Below are positions 10,271 through 19,467 of a DNA stretch of 64,000 nucleotides, piece by piece (within the stretch, counting starts at the first letter, position 1; each line of letters opens with the position of its first letter). This DNA is from Faecousia sp. (lineage in GTDB: Bacteria; Bacillota; Clostridia; Oscillospirales; Oscillospiraceae). The stretch lies in NCBI GenBank assembly GCA_029257335.1, contig JARIBV010000026.1, forward strand, positions 78-64,077, written 5' to 3'. Below the pieces are notes generated by a model that saw only the letters and a program-made list of their open reading frames with translations, had not been told where the DNA came from and searched no databases. Made by a program: the position numbers and the translations under genes.

Positions 10271-10483
10271 TTAAATCAATATTGCCGCTGCCAGCTGGTT
10301 GTCGATGTTATATCTGCCATCCTTAATGGAGATGACGCAACCGCCTTTCATCCGGGAAATGACTGTAATGGGCTCGCCGCTATAGCATCCCAGTGAAAAC
10401 AGGAAGGCATTTAATTCCTCGTCATCAGTGTCAATCTCGCGAACAATGTACTCTTTTCCTTCCTGCGCATCGGTTAAATTCAT
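10271..10483 (-). CDS. feoA: ferrous iron transport protein A
   Basis: 70-aa SH3-like protein (FLFSLGCYSGEPI) upstream of feoB. Confidence 0.88.
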   Translation of the reverse strand: MNLTDAQEGKEYIVREIDTDDEELNAFLFSLGCYSGEPITVISRMKGGCVISIKDGRYNIDNQLAAAILI

Positions 10484-10565
10484 TTCTATCACCCAATTTC
10501 AATTTCTAAGTACAGGCCTGTGGCCTGTCGGGCATCAGTCGCGTCCAACCACAACCGGCCCAAAT

Positions 10566-10617
10566 GTTAGCCTCTGCTAACCGCGTATATCATACCTTCT
10601 AAATAGGAATTTGTCAA
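10566..10617 (-). promoter_or_regulatory. sigma-A promoter of the feo operon with downstream operator
   Basis: Minus strand reads TTGACA-17 nt-TATGAT, then GTTAGCAGAGGCTAAC (10566-10581) at the expected transcription start. Confidence 0.8.
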
Positions 10618-10840
10618 GCCCCTGTCTGTATTTTTTTAACAGCACACAAAAATATTTTCGCTTTACTTCAATTTTTAATTGATTCTGTACATCTGCAAAA
10701 TCCGGCAGCCTATACGACCGGTCTCTGCCTCTGTCTTTGCGAGTTTCGGCAAAAAATTCCGAAGGAATCAACCTTGCAGTTCATTCCTTCGGAAATTTCT
10801 TATCTCAGCACAATGGCTGTTCCATAATACAATACCCCAA

Positions 10841-11380
10841 TCAATCAAACACATACATACCAAAAAACGCCAGCAATCCAGGTCCACAGTCGTATTCCAC
10901 GCCGCATCTGTCCGCCAGCTTCTTCACAAAAATGCAGTAGGCCGACATGCAGGAATATTGCAGATCCGGGAATCTGCAAGGCTCTCCCTTAGTAATGGCA
11001 CAGGGATTGCAAAGGCTGCATCCGCTGGCCCCCACCAAAAAGCCCTGACAGCCTTCTGCACGCAGCAGCTTCATCAGTCGGATGGCCGCCGCATTATGGG
11101 CCGACTTGGCCTCCTTAATGGCAGGCGCATCTGAGTAGTCTGCAATCTCCCAAATCGTCTGCAAGACCAATGCTTTCTTATGAGCAAGGATTCTTTCCTT
11201 CATCTGCTCCGGAGAACCGCAGTCCGGGGGGCAGGAGTAATTTACTCCATATTTTCCGCACAGATTTTCCGCACAAAACGGGCGAAAAGAGGGGTCAAAT
11301 ATAATATCTGCTGTATCAATCACGGTTGCAGTTGCAAAGCCTTCTTCCAAAGCATACTGAACCAACGTTTCTTTTGTCAT
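10841..11380 (-). CDS. DUF2284 domain metal-binding protein
   Basis: CAENLCGKYGVNYSCPP, GCSLCNPC, CRFP and MSAYCI motifs. Confidence 0.8.
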   Translation of the reverse strand: MTKETLVQYALEEGFATATVIDTADIIFDPSFRPFCAENLCGKYGVNYSCPPDCGSPEQMKERILAHKKALVLQTIWEIADYSDAPAIKEAKSAHNAAAIRLMKLLRAEGCQGFLVGASGCSLCNPCAITKGEPCRFPDLQYSCMSAYCIFVKKLADRCGVEYDCGPGLLAFFGMYVFD

Positions 11381-11504
11381 GAAAGGCACTCCTTTGGGGA
11401 TGATTGCTGTCACCCTTACTATACCACTTCTTGATCCATTGTGCAATAATAAATCGGCCAACCACAGGTTGGCCGATCTATATTTATGGTTCTCCGGGAC
11501 GCAA

Positions 11505-11849
11505 TTACTTGCGCACAAATACCATAGCCATGCCGTCCTGCTCGATGGACAGCTCGTCACCGTTCAGGGTGTAGTTGATGGACTCGCCCTCGGCAGTCAG
11601 AGCCTTGTCATCCCAGGTCAGCTCCTGCTCCTGGCCCATGACAGCCATGACGCCAGTGCCGTCCTCGTTCAGGACCAGCTTGAAGCTATCCACGGAAACT
11701 CCGGCAACTTCCAGATCTTCCATCTTCATCTCCTGACCATTCAGGTTGGCGCTCTTCAGAACATATTCGCCAGCAGCGCTCTTACCGCCGCAAGCCACCA
11801 GAACGAACACCATAGAGAGGACCAGAATCATGCTAAGTACTTTTTTCAT
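11505..11849 (-). CDS. hypothetical lipoprotein
   Basis: Signal peptide with lipobox LVAC followed by a beta-rich domain. Confidence 0.75.
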   Translation of the reverse strand: MKKVLSMILVLSMVFVLVACGGKSAAGEYVLKSANLNGQEMKMEDLEVAGVSVDSFKLVLNEDGTGVMAVMGQEQELTWDDKALTAEGESINYTLNGDELSIEQDGMAMVFVRK

Positions 11850-11909
11850 ATTGAGTTTCTCCTTTTCTCAAAAATATATCACAACAGAAGTTTCTGTTTG
11901 TGAACCATA

Positions 11910-13340
11910 TTAGTGGATGTCCTCATCGTTGAAGGGATCACCACATTCCGGGCAGAATCTGGGAGGATTCTTGGGATCTTCAGGTTCCCAGCCACACTTA
12001 TCGCAGCGATACAATGGTTCTCCCGCAGGTTTCTTTGCACCGCATTCCGAGCAGAACTTTCCTTTGTTCACCGCACCGCAGGAGCAGGTCCAGCCCTCAG
12101 AAGCTTCCGGGCGCTTTGCACCGCACTGCGAGCAGAACTTTCCTGTCACCACTGCGCCGCAGGAGCAGGTCCAGCTGTCTCCGGCTTCCGGCTTCGGTTC
12201 CGGCTTTTTAGCGCCGCACTCCGGGCAGAACTTCCCTCTGGCCACTGCACCGCAGGAACAGGTCCAGCTGTCGTCCGCCGAGGGCGCTGCCGCAGGGGCA
12301 GGGGCGGGAGCTGGCTGCTGATACTGAGGCTGCTGTCCCATCTGGAACAGACTCTGTCCATTCATACCGCCGGCATTGGCAGCCATATTCATTCCCATAA
12401 ATGCCATGGCAGGGCCTGCATTTTTATTTTCAGCCGCCGCCTGCATGGCAGAGGCCTGTGCCCCGACCAGATGGGCCGCAGCCATATTGGGATTGCGGAA
12501 GGTGGCATTGCGCTGAAGCTCCTTGATCATCTGTTCGTCTTCATCGGAAGCTTTCACGCTGGATACGCCTACTTCTCCGATCTCCAGGCCTCTCTTCTCC
12601 CGCCATTTGGAAGACAAAATTTCGTTGAGCACATCTGCAAGCTCCTGGGTGTGACCGGGAAGGGCAGAATAACGAATTCCCATCTCCGAAATCTTGGCAA
12701 AGGCAGGCTGAAGTGCTGTCATAAGCTCGGACTTCAGCTGGCTGTCCAGATTATCCCTTGAGTATACTCCGGTAAAGTTGCCGCACACATTCTGATAAAA
12801 AAGAGGGGGATTGCAGATACGGTAGCTATATTCACCAAAGCAGCGAATTGCGATATCCACATCCAAGCCAATATTCTGGTCCACCACCCGGAAGGGAACC
12901 GGGTTCGGCGTCCCATACTTATTGCCCAGCAATTCCTTCGCATTAAAATAGTATACTCGGTGATCCTTCGGGGCATCACCGCCAAAAGCAACACGCTGGC
13001 CCATGGCCTTGATGGTATCCAGAACACTTCTTCCGAAGGAACCTGCAAAAATGGTAGGTTCGCCGGCAGCATCAAATATATATTCGCCGGGCTTATCCGT
13101 AAACTCCACTACTTGTCCCTGTGCAACGATCATCAGGCACTGACCGTGTGCCAGAGTAACAATAGAGCCATTAGAAATCACATTTTCCGATCCCTTTGTA
13201 TTGGAAGAACGACCGGAAACTTTCTTCTTACCCTGTACTGCCAGGATATGAGAAGGCATCGCATCACAGTAGAAAAACTCCTTCCACTGGTCGGCTAGTA
13301 CACTACCTACAGCTGCCTTTGTTGCTTGTATCAGGCCCAT
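11910..13340 (-). CDS. SPFH domain protein with C-terminal zinc-ribbon repeats
   Basis: MGLIQA...DQWKEFFYC, GTPNPVPFR, three WTCSCGAVxxGKFCxxCG repeats and a final CDKC...CPEC ribbon. Confidence 0.85.
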   Translation of the reverse strand: MGLIQATKAAVGSVLADQWKEFFYCDAMPSHILAVQGKKKVSGRSSNTKGSENVISNGSIVTLAHGQCLMIVAQGQVVEFTDKPGEYIFDAAGEPTIFAGSFGRSVLDTIKAMGQRVAFGGDAPKDHRVYYFNAKELLGNKYGTPNPVPFRVVDQNIGLDVDIAIRCFGEYSYRICNPPLFYQNVCGNFTGVYSRDNLDSQLKSELMTALQPAFAKISEMGIRYSALPGHTQELADVLNEILSSKWREKRGLEIGEVGVSSVKASDEDEQMIKELQRNATFRNPNMAAAHLVGAQASAMQAAAENKNAGPAMAFMGMNMAANAGGMNGQSLFQMGQQPQYQQPAPAPAPAAAPSADDSWTCSCGAVARGKFCPECGAKKPEPKPEAGDSWTCSCGAVVTGKFCSQCGAKRPEASEGWTCSCGAVNKGKFCSECGAKKPAGEPLYRCDKCGWEPEDPKNPPRFCPECGDPFNDEDIH

Positions 13341-13570
13341 ACTGCTGTCACTCCTCTTTGTTTTTTACTAAAAACTTCCTCGTCCGGAAATTTTTTATGA
13401 TTATACCACACCTTATTCAACTTTGCTATACCAAAATACAAAACTCGTGCAAAATTTATATGTTGCCTACAACAACCGGGAATGTATCGAAAAGTGATAT
13501 CCTAACTGCCGCGCATTGACTATTCCTCAAATCTGTGCTATTAGTACCCCGGGAAGCGAGGTGCTTGCTT

Positions 13571-14968
13571 ATGACTAAGCAAAAAACTCCTGTCCGTCTG
13601 GACGGGTGGCTGACGAAAAATCTATCAGGCAATGTGTTTACCTGGCGTGAGATCGCGCGCATGACAGGACCTTATATTCTGGATAATATGTCCATCATGC
13701 TCATCGGTATGCTGATTACCGCCCTCATCAGCAAAAATGGAGAAACCTCCATCGCCGCCATTTCTCTGGCTGGTCCCATTGTCAGCATGCTGTCATGTGT
13801 TTTCAGCGCCGTAGGTGCCGGAAGCTCCGTGGTAGTGGCCCAATGCTGCGGTGCCAAGGATGAGGCCCTTCTGAAGCGTTCCATTGGACAGATTATATGG
13901 CTGATGGTCCTGCTGGCTGTCATTTCCTGCGTTCCTTTGATGCTCTTTCCCCGTGAAATTTTACTGCTGCTGTACCCCAAGGCAGAAGCTTTGGTGCTGC
14001 TCAAGGCCGAAATCTATTTGTCTGGCAGCGCTCTTTCCGTCATGGCATTTTCCCTGTATTATGCTATTTTTTCCATTCTTCAGGGTATGGGCCAGTCTAA
14101 AAAATGTCTGGCTCTCAGCGTTATTATCAATGTAGCCTACTTTGTATTCAGCATTCTCTGCCTCAACATTCTGAATCTGGATGTGAAGGGCAGTATCCTG
14201 GCCCTGATTTCTGCCCGTGTTCTGGGTGCGCTGTGCGCAGTTGTGCTTCTGTTCTTTTGGCGGCCACCCATTTCTCTGAACCTGCGCAATATCTTTTCTT
14301 ATGACAGTGCCCTGATGAAATCCACTGTTAAAATCAGTCTCCCCTTGGGTATGGAGCAAATCTTCAATTCCTGCGGTGTTATTGTGGCCGGAATCTACAT
14401 GGTCAATCTGGGAACGGAAGCCATTGCTGCAAACGCTGTGGCAAGTTCCCTTCTGAGTGGTCTCACCGCCGCCGCTGTGGCGGCTGGCAGTCTGTCTGTC
14501 ACCGTGGTGGGACGATGCATCGGTGCAAAAGAAAAAGAAGAAGCCTACCACTATGGAAAATGCACGGTTCTCATTGGTCTGGGGCTTCTTACTCTGACAG
14601 GTCTGATCTTCTACCCCGCTCTGCCCGTTCTTTTGGCACAATACAACCCTACCCCCGCAGTTGCCGCCATGACCACCCAGGTTCTGCTCTACAGCATCCC
14701 CTTCCTGCTGCTGTTCTGGCCTGCCTCCTTCACACTGCCCTACACTCTCCGCGCCGCAGGCGACAGTGCCTTTCCTTCCACCGCCTCCCTCATTATTATG
14801 TGGGTCGTAAATATCGGCCTAGGATATATTTTGGCCATTGTGTGCAATCTCAGCCTTCTGGGTGTTTGGATTGCCCAGTGGGTATCCTGGCTGGCCCGCT
14901 CCCTTGTGTTTTATGCCCGGTTCCACGGCCGCCGCTGGCTGGATAAGGAAGTTATTAAAAATAATTAG
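13571..14968 (+). CDS. MATE family efflux transporter
   Basis: About 12 TM helices; SVVVAQCCGAKD, LGTEAIAAN and LRAAGDS motifs. Confidence 0.85.
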   Translation: MTKQKTPVRLDGWLTKNLSGNVFTWREIARMTGPYILDNMSIMLIGMLITALISKNGETSIAAISLAGPIVSMLSCVFSAVGAGSSVVVAQCCGAKDEALLKRSIGQIIWLMVLLAVISCVPLMLFPREILLLLYPKAEALVLLKAEIYLSGSALSVMAFSLYYAIFSILQGMGQSKKCLALSVIINVAYFVFSILCLNILNLDVKGSILALISARVLGALCAVVLLFFWRPPISLNLRNIFSYDSALMKSTVKISLPLGMEQIFNSCGVIVAGIYMVNLGTEAIAANAVASSLLSGLTAAAVAAGSLSVTVVGRCIGAKEKEEAYHYGKCTVLIGLGLLTLTGLIFYPALPVLLAQYNPTPAVAAMTTQVLLYSIPFLLLFWPASFTLPYTLRAAGDSAFPSTASLIIMWVVNIGLGYILAIVCNLSLLGVWIAQWVSWLARSLVFYARFHGRRWLDKEVIKNN

Positions 14969-14973
14969 TTCTA

Positions 14974-15009
14974 AAAACGGACTGTTTTCCTTAAAACGGT
15001 CCGTTTTTT
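14974..15009. terminator. intrinsic terminator
   Basis: AAAAACGGAC...GTCCGTTTTT hairpin. Confidence 0.7.
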
Positions 15010-15092
15010 ACCGGATCGAACTCCTATCAATTACATTTCTTTGTGCAGACTGTCCGCTCGCTCCATTTTGAACGGCTTTTTTTCCCTGGAGC

Positions 15093-15122
15093 GTATAGTT
15101 TTTCCGTTTCCTGCAAACACTA
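15093..15122 (+). promoter_or_regulatory. possible forespore SigF/SigG-type promoter
   Basis: GTATA-N15-GCAAACACTA upstream of the SLH gene, resembling the GYATA...GgnnAnAnT consensus. Confidence 0.35.
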
Positions 15123-15154
15123 CCTCTGCAAACGTCAAATAGGAGGTTCATTCC

Positions 15155-16369
15155 ATGATCCGAGTAATCCGTTTTCTGTCCCTGTCCCTGGCGGTTCTTA
15201 TGGTCCTGGGGAGTTTCGGCCCCGCTCAGGCAGCACAGGCCCCGGCAGATGCCGTCTACTGCTTTCAAGCAGAGGACTTCCCCTGTAATTCCCCGGAAGA
15301 CCTCACCGGAATCTGCATTACCGCCGTTCCCGCTGCAAATATGGGCACATTGCAGCTAAACAACCGTGTCATCGTCCCCGGTGACATTTTGACGGCGCAG
15401 CAGCTCAGCCGCCTGACCTTCCATCCTGCCGCTGCCCAGAATCAGGATGTGCAGGTGTCCTATCTGCCTATCTGCGCAACCTGTGTGGAGCAGGAGTCCA
15501 CCATGACCCTGTCTTTGCGCAAACAGGAGAACAAGGCCCCCACCGCAGAAAACAGCACCTTTGAAACCTACAAGAATCTGGAAAACCAAGGGACTCTTCT
15601 TGCCAAAGATCCCGAAGGCGGTGCCCTGCAATTCACCATCACCAAGCCCCCCAAGCATGGAACGGTGACCCTGGGAGAAGGCGGCGCCTTCACCTATACC
15701 CCTACCAAAAATCGAGTCGGTGAAGACAGTTTTTCCTTCACCGCCACAGACGAACAGGGAGCCGTTTCCCCGGAGGCCACAGTTTCCGTTCAAATTCTGA
15801 AGCCTTTGGACAGCACCACCTATAAAGACATTACTTCCGGTCAGTTTGAGGCCATGTGGATGCGTGAAACCGGCCTGTTTGGAGGCAATCTGGTAACAGG
15901 AACCCCCTGCTTCGGGCCGCAGGAGGCCGTCAGCCGCAGTGAGTTTCTGGCCATGGTAATGAAGCTTTTAAACATTCCCGTGCAAGACGATGTGACTTCT
16001 TCCGGCTTTCAGGATGAAGAGGACTGCGCCCAGTGGCTCCGGCCCTATCTTGCCGCCGCCATGCGTCTGGGGGTTGTTTCCGGGTCTGCGGAAACCGGAA
16101 AGCTCCTCTTCCGCCCCAATGATCCCATTACCGGCGCCGAAGCTGCAGTCATGCTTCAGAATGTTCTGATGCTCCCCAATGGAACCGATTCCTGCGAAGA
16201 TGCCCCTGCCTGGGCCCAGGGTGCCGTGGCCGCCATGTCCGCAGAAGGAATTTTCCTATCTGATCCCGCCGGCAACCTCACCCGTATGGAGGCCGCCCGT
16301 CTTCTCTATGAGGTCAGCAAACTGGCCCCCAATGCACCAGGCCTGGAGGTATTCCGCAAAGACTCCTGA
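15155..16369 (+). CDS. secreted S-layer homology (SLH) protein with Ig-like/cadherin-like domain
   Basis: Signal peptide; DPEGGALQF...HGTV...FTYTP...GEDSFSF; SLH-like FRPNDPITGAEAAVML and LTRMEAA. Confidence 0.8.
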   Translation: MIRVIRFLSLSLAVLMVLGSFGPAQAAQAPADAVYCFQAEDFPCNSPEDLTGICITAVPAANMGTLQLNNRVIVPGDILTAQQLSRLTFHPAAAQNQDVQVSYLPICATCVEQESTMTLSLRKQENKAPTAENSTFETYKNLENQGTLLAKDPEGGALQFTITKPPKHGTVTLGEGGAFTYTPTKNRVGEDSFSFTATDEQGAVSPEATVSVQILKPLDSTTYKDITSGQFEAMWMRETGLFGGNLVTGTPCFGPQEAVSRSEFLAMVMKLLNIPVQDDVTSSGFQDEEDCAQWLRPYLAAAMRLGVVSGSAETGKLLFRPNDPITGAEAAVMLQNVLMLPNGTDSCEDAPAWAQGAVAAMSAEGIFLSDPAGNLTRMEAARLLYEVSKLAPNAPGLEVFRKDS

Positions 16370-16394
16370 CCCTTCCGTTCTGCCTGATGCAGCA

Positions 16395-16430
16395 GTGCCG
16401 TCCCGCCAAAAGGCTGGGCGGCACTTTTTT
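16395..16430 (+). terminator. intrinsic terminator
   Basis: GTGCCGTCCCGCC-aaaa-GGCTGGGCGGCAC followed by TTTTT. Confidence 0.7.
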
Positions 16431-16453
16431 AATGGGGCTTATCTGTACGCTTC

Positions 16454-16611
16454 AATAGAAAGAGGCCCCCGAAGTCCCCCGCTGTCAGGGACTTTGGAGG
16501 TACCGCTAATGATGTTATCCGCCACAGGCAAGGCATTGCCTCCTGCGCAAGTGGCTTGACCTTCCCCTGGTCAGGGCAGGCAGTGAGGCCCCAAGACCGG
16601 AACCTTCTATT
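16454..16611 (-). ncRNA. candidate structured RNA of unknown family (~158 nt)
   Basis: Non-coding GC-rich block whose ends pair (AAUAGAAGG...CUUUCUAUU on minus), with several internal hairpins. Confidence 0.35.
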
Positions 16612-16641
16612 TTCATATACTTCGAGGACAATACAGAGGAC

Positions 16642-16745
16642 AAAAAAACCCACAACCCAGCCATAGGGGCTGGGTTGTGGGTAAAAAAAGGAGGTGAAGA
16701 AATGAAAAAGAGAAAGTTGTCGAAACAACATATAAGCATCTTGTA
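16642..16745 (-). ncRNA. candidate anti-Shine-Dalgarno sRNA (csRNA-like)
   Basis: Minus strand carries CUUUUUCAUUUCUUCACCUCCUU, then a 14-bp-stem terminator with a U-run. Upstream are direct repeats and a TAAGAT -10 candidate. Confidence 0.5.
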
Positions 16746-16790
16746 GTTATATCTTACCTGAAAATTATGAAGAAAAAAAGCGGAAAGTTA

Positions 16791-17396
16791 TTAAGATTGT
16801 ATGAAGTTGAAAAGTCTTTCCAATAAAATCTTCATTCCCAGAAAAATCAGGATGATTCCTCCAAAAATCTCTGCTTTTTTCCCATGTTTGCTCCCAACCC
16901 GGCTGCCCAAAACGGTTCCGGCCCAAGATAACAGAAAGGTGACCGCACCAATGAGTGACACCGCTACCCATATGCTTCCCGGGTTGAAACTCCCGTTTAC
17001 AACCAGAGGCTTGTCCACCATGGCCAGCAGAGAGATCCCTGCGGCCAGCGCATCAATGCTGGTTGCCACGGCCAGCAGGAGCATTGCCTGCCAGCCCAGG
17101 TCTGCCGACAACGGCTCTTCCTCCTGTCCCAGGGTCTCCAGAATCATACTGGTCCCAATGATACACAAAAGTCCAAAGGCCAGCCAGTGAGAATAATATG
17201 CAATCGCTCCTGCAAAGGAATCTGCCAGCAAAAATCCCAACAGCGGCATTCCCGTCTGAAATCCGCCAAACCAGAGGCCCACCCAGGCCCCCTGCCGGGG
17301 TGTCACCTCCTTCACTGCCAGTCCTTTGCAAACCGACACCGCAAAGGCATCCATCGACAGTCCCAGTGCCAAAATAAACAATTCCAACAGCTTCAC
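16791..17396 (-). CDS. mntP: manganese efflux pump MntP family
   Basis: LGLSMDAFAVS, ATSIDALAAG and AEIFGGIILIFLG; GTG start after GGGAGG. Confidence 0.9.
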   Translation of the reverse strand: MKLLELFILALGLSMDAFAVSVCKGLAVKEVTPRQGAWVGLWFGGFQTGMPLLGFLLADSFAGAIAYYSHWLAFGLLCIIGTSMILETLGQEEEPLSADLGWQAMLLLAVATSIDALAAGISLLAMVDKPLVVNGSFNPGSIWVAVSLIGAVTFLLSWAGTVLGSRVGSKHGKKAEIFGGIILIFLGMKILLERLFNFIQS

Positions 17397-17543
17397 TTCC
17401 GTGCCTCCCATCATCGCTTGGAATGCATTCCGCCCTTCCTTTCGCTCCGTGTCTAAAGAAACCGGAGACTTCCCGATTGCAGGAGCATGCCGTCCTGCTT
17501 TTTTAATCTATGCGTAAAGAGCCTGATTTAGCAGACTTAACGA

Positions 17544-17571
17544 TTGCAAATTGAACCGGTAATGGTATAAT
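17544..17571 (+). promoter_or_regulatory. sigma-A promoter of the two-component operon
   Basis: TTGCAA-16 nt-TATAAT with an extended -10 TG. Confidence 0.6.
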
Positions 17572-17638
17572 TTAAGCAAACGGCTGCGCAACTGCCACGG
17601 ATCTCCTTATTGCAGCCGGAAAGGAATGGGAGCTGCCT

Positions 17639-18340
17639 GTGAATGAGCATGTTTTAATTGTAGATGACGAAAAAGAAATTGCAGATTTGCTGGAGATCTA
17701 TCTGAAAAACGATGGGTACATCGTACACAAATTTTACAATGGCACCGATGCTCTGCGCTGCATTCGGGAACAAACGATTGATCTGGCCTTGTTGGATGTG
17801 ATGCTCCCGGATACAGATGGCTTTCAGATCTGCAGGCAGATCCGGCAGCAGTATTTCTTTCCCGTAATCATGCTGACCGCAAAGGTGGAAGACGGCGATA
17901 AAATCATGGGGCTGACCATCGGTGCAGACGATTACATCACCAAGCCCTTCAATCCCCTGGAGGTTGTTGCCAGAGTCAAAACACAGCTGCGCCGCTATGT
18001 TCGCTATAACCATGCCGCCTGTGAAGCCAACGCGGAGGCTTCTGAGGAATACGACATACGGGGGCTGTTTCTTAACAAAAGTATGCATAAGTGCACGCTA
18101 TATGGGGAAGAAATCGCCCTGACCCCCATCGAATTTTCTGTGCTGTGCTATTTGTGCAAGCATCAGGGAAAGGTCATTTCCGCCGAGGAATTGTTTGAAG
18201 CGGTGTGGGATGAAAAATATCTGGACAATAACAACACCGTTATGGCACATATCGGCAGACTGAGAGAAAAGCTCCACGAACCTGCCCGAAAACCCAAGTT
18301 CATCAAAACCGTATGGGGGGTGGGCTACACCATTGAATAA
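17639..18340 (+). CDS. OmpR-family response regulator, VanR-like
   Basis: LIVDDEKEIADL, LLDVMLP, GADDYITKPFNPLEVVARVKTQLRRY, NNTVMAHI, IKTVWGVGY. Confidence 0.92.
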   Translation: MNEHVLIVDDEKEIADLLEIYLKNDGYIVHKFYNGTDALRCIREQTIDLALLDVMLPDTDGFQICRQIRQQYFFPVIMLTAKVEDGDKIMGLTIGADDYITKPFNPLEVVARVKTQLRRYVRYNHAACEANAEASEEYDIRGLFLNKSMHKCTLYGEEIALTPIEFSVLCYLCKHQGKVISAEELFEAVWDEKYLDNNNTVMAHIGRLREKLHEPARKPKFIKTVWGVGYTIE

Positions 18341-19442
18341 GGAAACGAACATCGACCCAAAGGGCAAGCGCCTGAGCAAAGTCTCTCAACGATTGTTGCT
18401 TGAGTATTTTTTCTCTATCATGATCTATAGTCTGGTCCTGATCCTGGGGATCTTTGCCGCACAGATGCTCTGCGACCAATTTACATGGTATGATGACACG
18501 CCGTTTTATCAGATTCTGAAAGCCGTCAAAGATCATTTGGCGTTTTCCATTGTCGTCCCCCTGTCCGTGGGTTGGCTGATAATCACCTATCGCTTTGTGT
18601 GCAGGCTTCTCCACTATCTGGATGAGGTCGAGGTAGCCGCCAAGCAGCTGGCCTCCCCTCCGAGCGACTCCATCGTATTGCCTGATTCCCTATCCTATGT
18701 GGAGAAAGAATTGAATCTGGCGCGGGAAAAAGCTCTGAATAACGCACGCACCGCAAAAGAGGCCGAGCGGCGCAAAAACGATCTTGTTGTCTATCTGGCC
18801 CACGACTTAAAGACGCCCCTCACCTCCGTGATTGGATATCTAACCCTTCTCCATGATGAACATCAAATATCGGAGCCTCTGAGGCAAAAGTATCTTTCTA
18901 TTTCCTTGGAAAAGGCCGAGCGGCTGGAAGAGCTCATCAACGAATTTTTTGAAATCACACGGTTCAATCTCTCCGAAATCACACTGCAATACAGCAGAGT
19001 CAACCTGACACGCCTCTTAGAACAGCTGGTCTATGAGTTTCAGCCTATGCTTACAGAGAAGCACCTGCACTGTACGCTTGAGATCCCTCCCGATACCATG
19101 ATACGATGTGATGTGAATAAAATGCAGCGTGTCTTTGACAATCTTCTGAGAAATGCCGTAAATTACAGCTTCGTGGGCGGAACCATTGCCATTTGCGTCA
19201 CCCGGAAGGGCAATGCCCTCCGAATTAAGGTTCGCAACAACGGAAACACCATTCCTCCGGAAAAGCTCGGACGCATATTTGAGCAATTTTATCGGTTGGA
19301 TACTGCCAGAAGCTCCTCAAGCGGCGGGGCAGGCTTGGGACTGGCCATTGCAAAAGAAATCGTGGAGCACCATCATGGCACCATTACCGCCAGAAGCGAA
19401 AACGAAATCATTGAATTTGAAGTTGCCGTCCCCACTGCTTAG
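18333..19442 (+). CDS. sensor histidine kinase, VanS-like
   Basis: Two TM helices, H-box KNDLVVYLAHDLKTPLTSVIGYL, FEQFYRLD, GAGLGLAIAK. Start codon uncertain. Confidence 0.92.
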   Translation: MNKETNIDPKGKRLSKVSQRLLLEYFFSIMIYSLVLILGIFAAQMLCDQFTWYDDTPFYQILKAVKDHLAFSIVVPLSVGWLIITYRFVCRLLHYLDEVEVAAKQLASPPSDSIVLPDSLSYVEKELNLAREKALNNARTAKEAERRKNDLVVYLAHDLKTPLTSVIGYLTLLHDEHQISEPLRQKYLSISLEKAERLEELINEFFEITRFNLSEITLQYSRVNLTRLLEQLVYEFQPMLTEKHLHCTLEIPPDTMIRCDVNKMQRVFDNLLRNAVNYSFVGGTIAICVTRKGNALRIKVRNNGNTIPPEKLGRIFEQFYRLDTARSSSSGGAGLGLAIAKEIVEHHHGTITARSENEIIEFEVAVPTA

Positions 19443-19467
19443 AACGCTTTCCGCAAAGCGCATACCG

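Noticed and set aside
16522-16560. HDV-like ribozyme (GCCAC...TTGCCTCCTGCGCAAGTGGC)
   Set aside because: A P1/P3/L3-like pattern is present, but no GG for P1.1 and no downstream P4-J4/2-P2 elements in the required order.
16702-16746. 14-aa plus-strand ORF MKKRKLSKQHISIL with a perfect RBS
   Set aside because: No plus-strand promoter or terminator is evident and the adjacent terminator points the other way. It is better explained as the complement of an anti-SD sRNA, though not excluded.
17400-17520. yybP-ykoY manganese riboswitch expected upstream of mntP
   Set aside because: The conserved GGGGAGUA and GAGACC elements were not found in the right arrangement.
17639-19442. Vancomycin resistance cluster
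   Set aside because: Only the VanRS-like regulators are present; no D-Ala-D-Lac/Ser ligase, racemase or dipeptidase.
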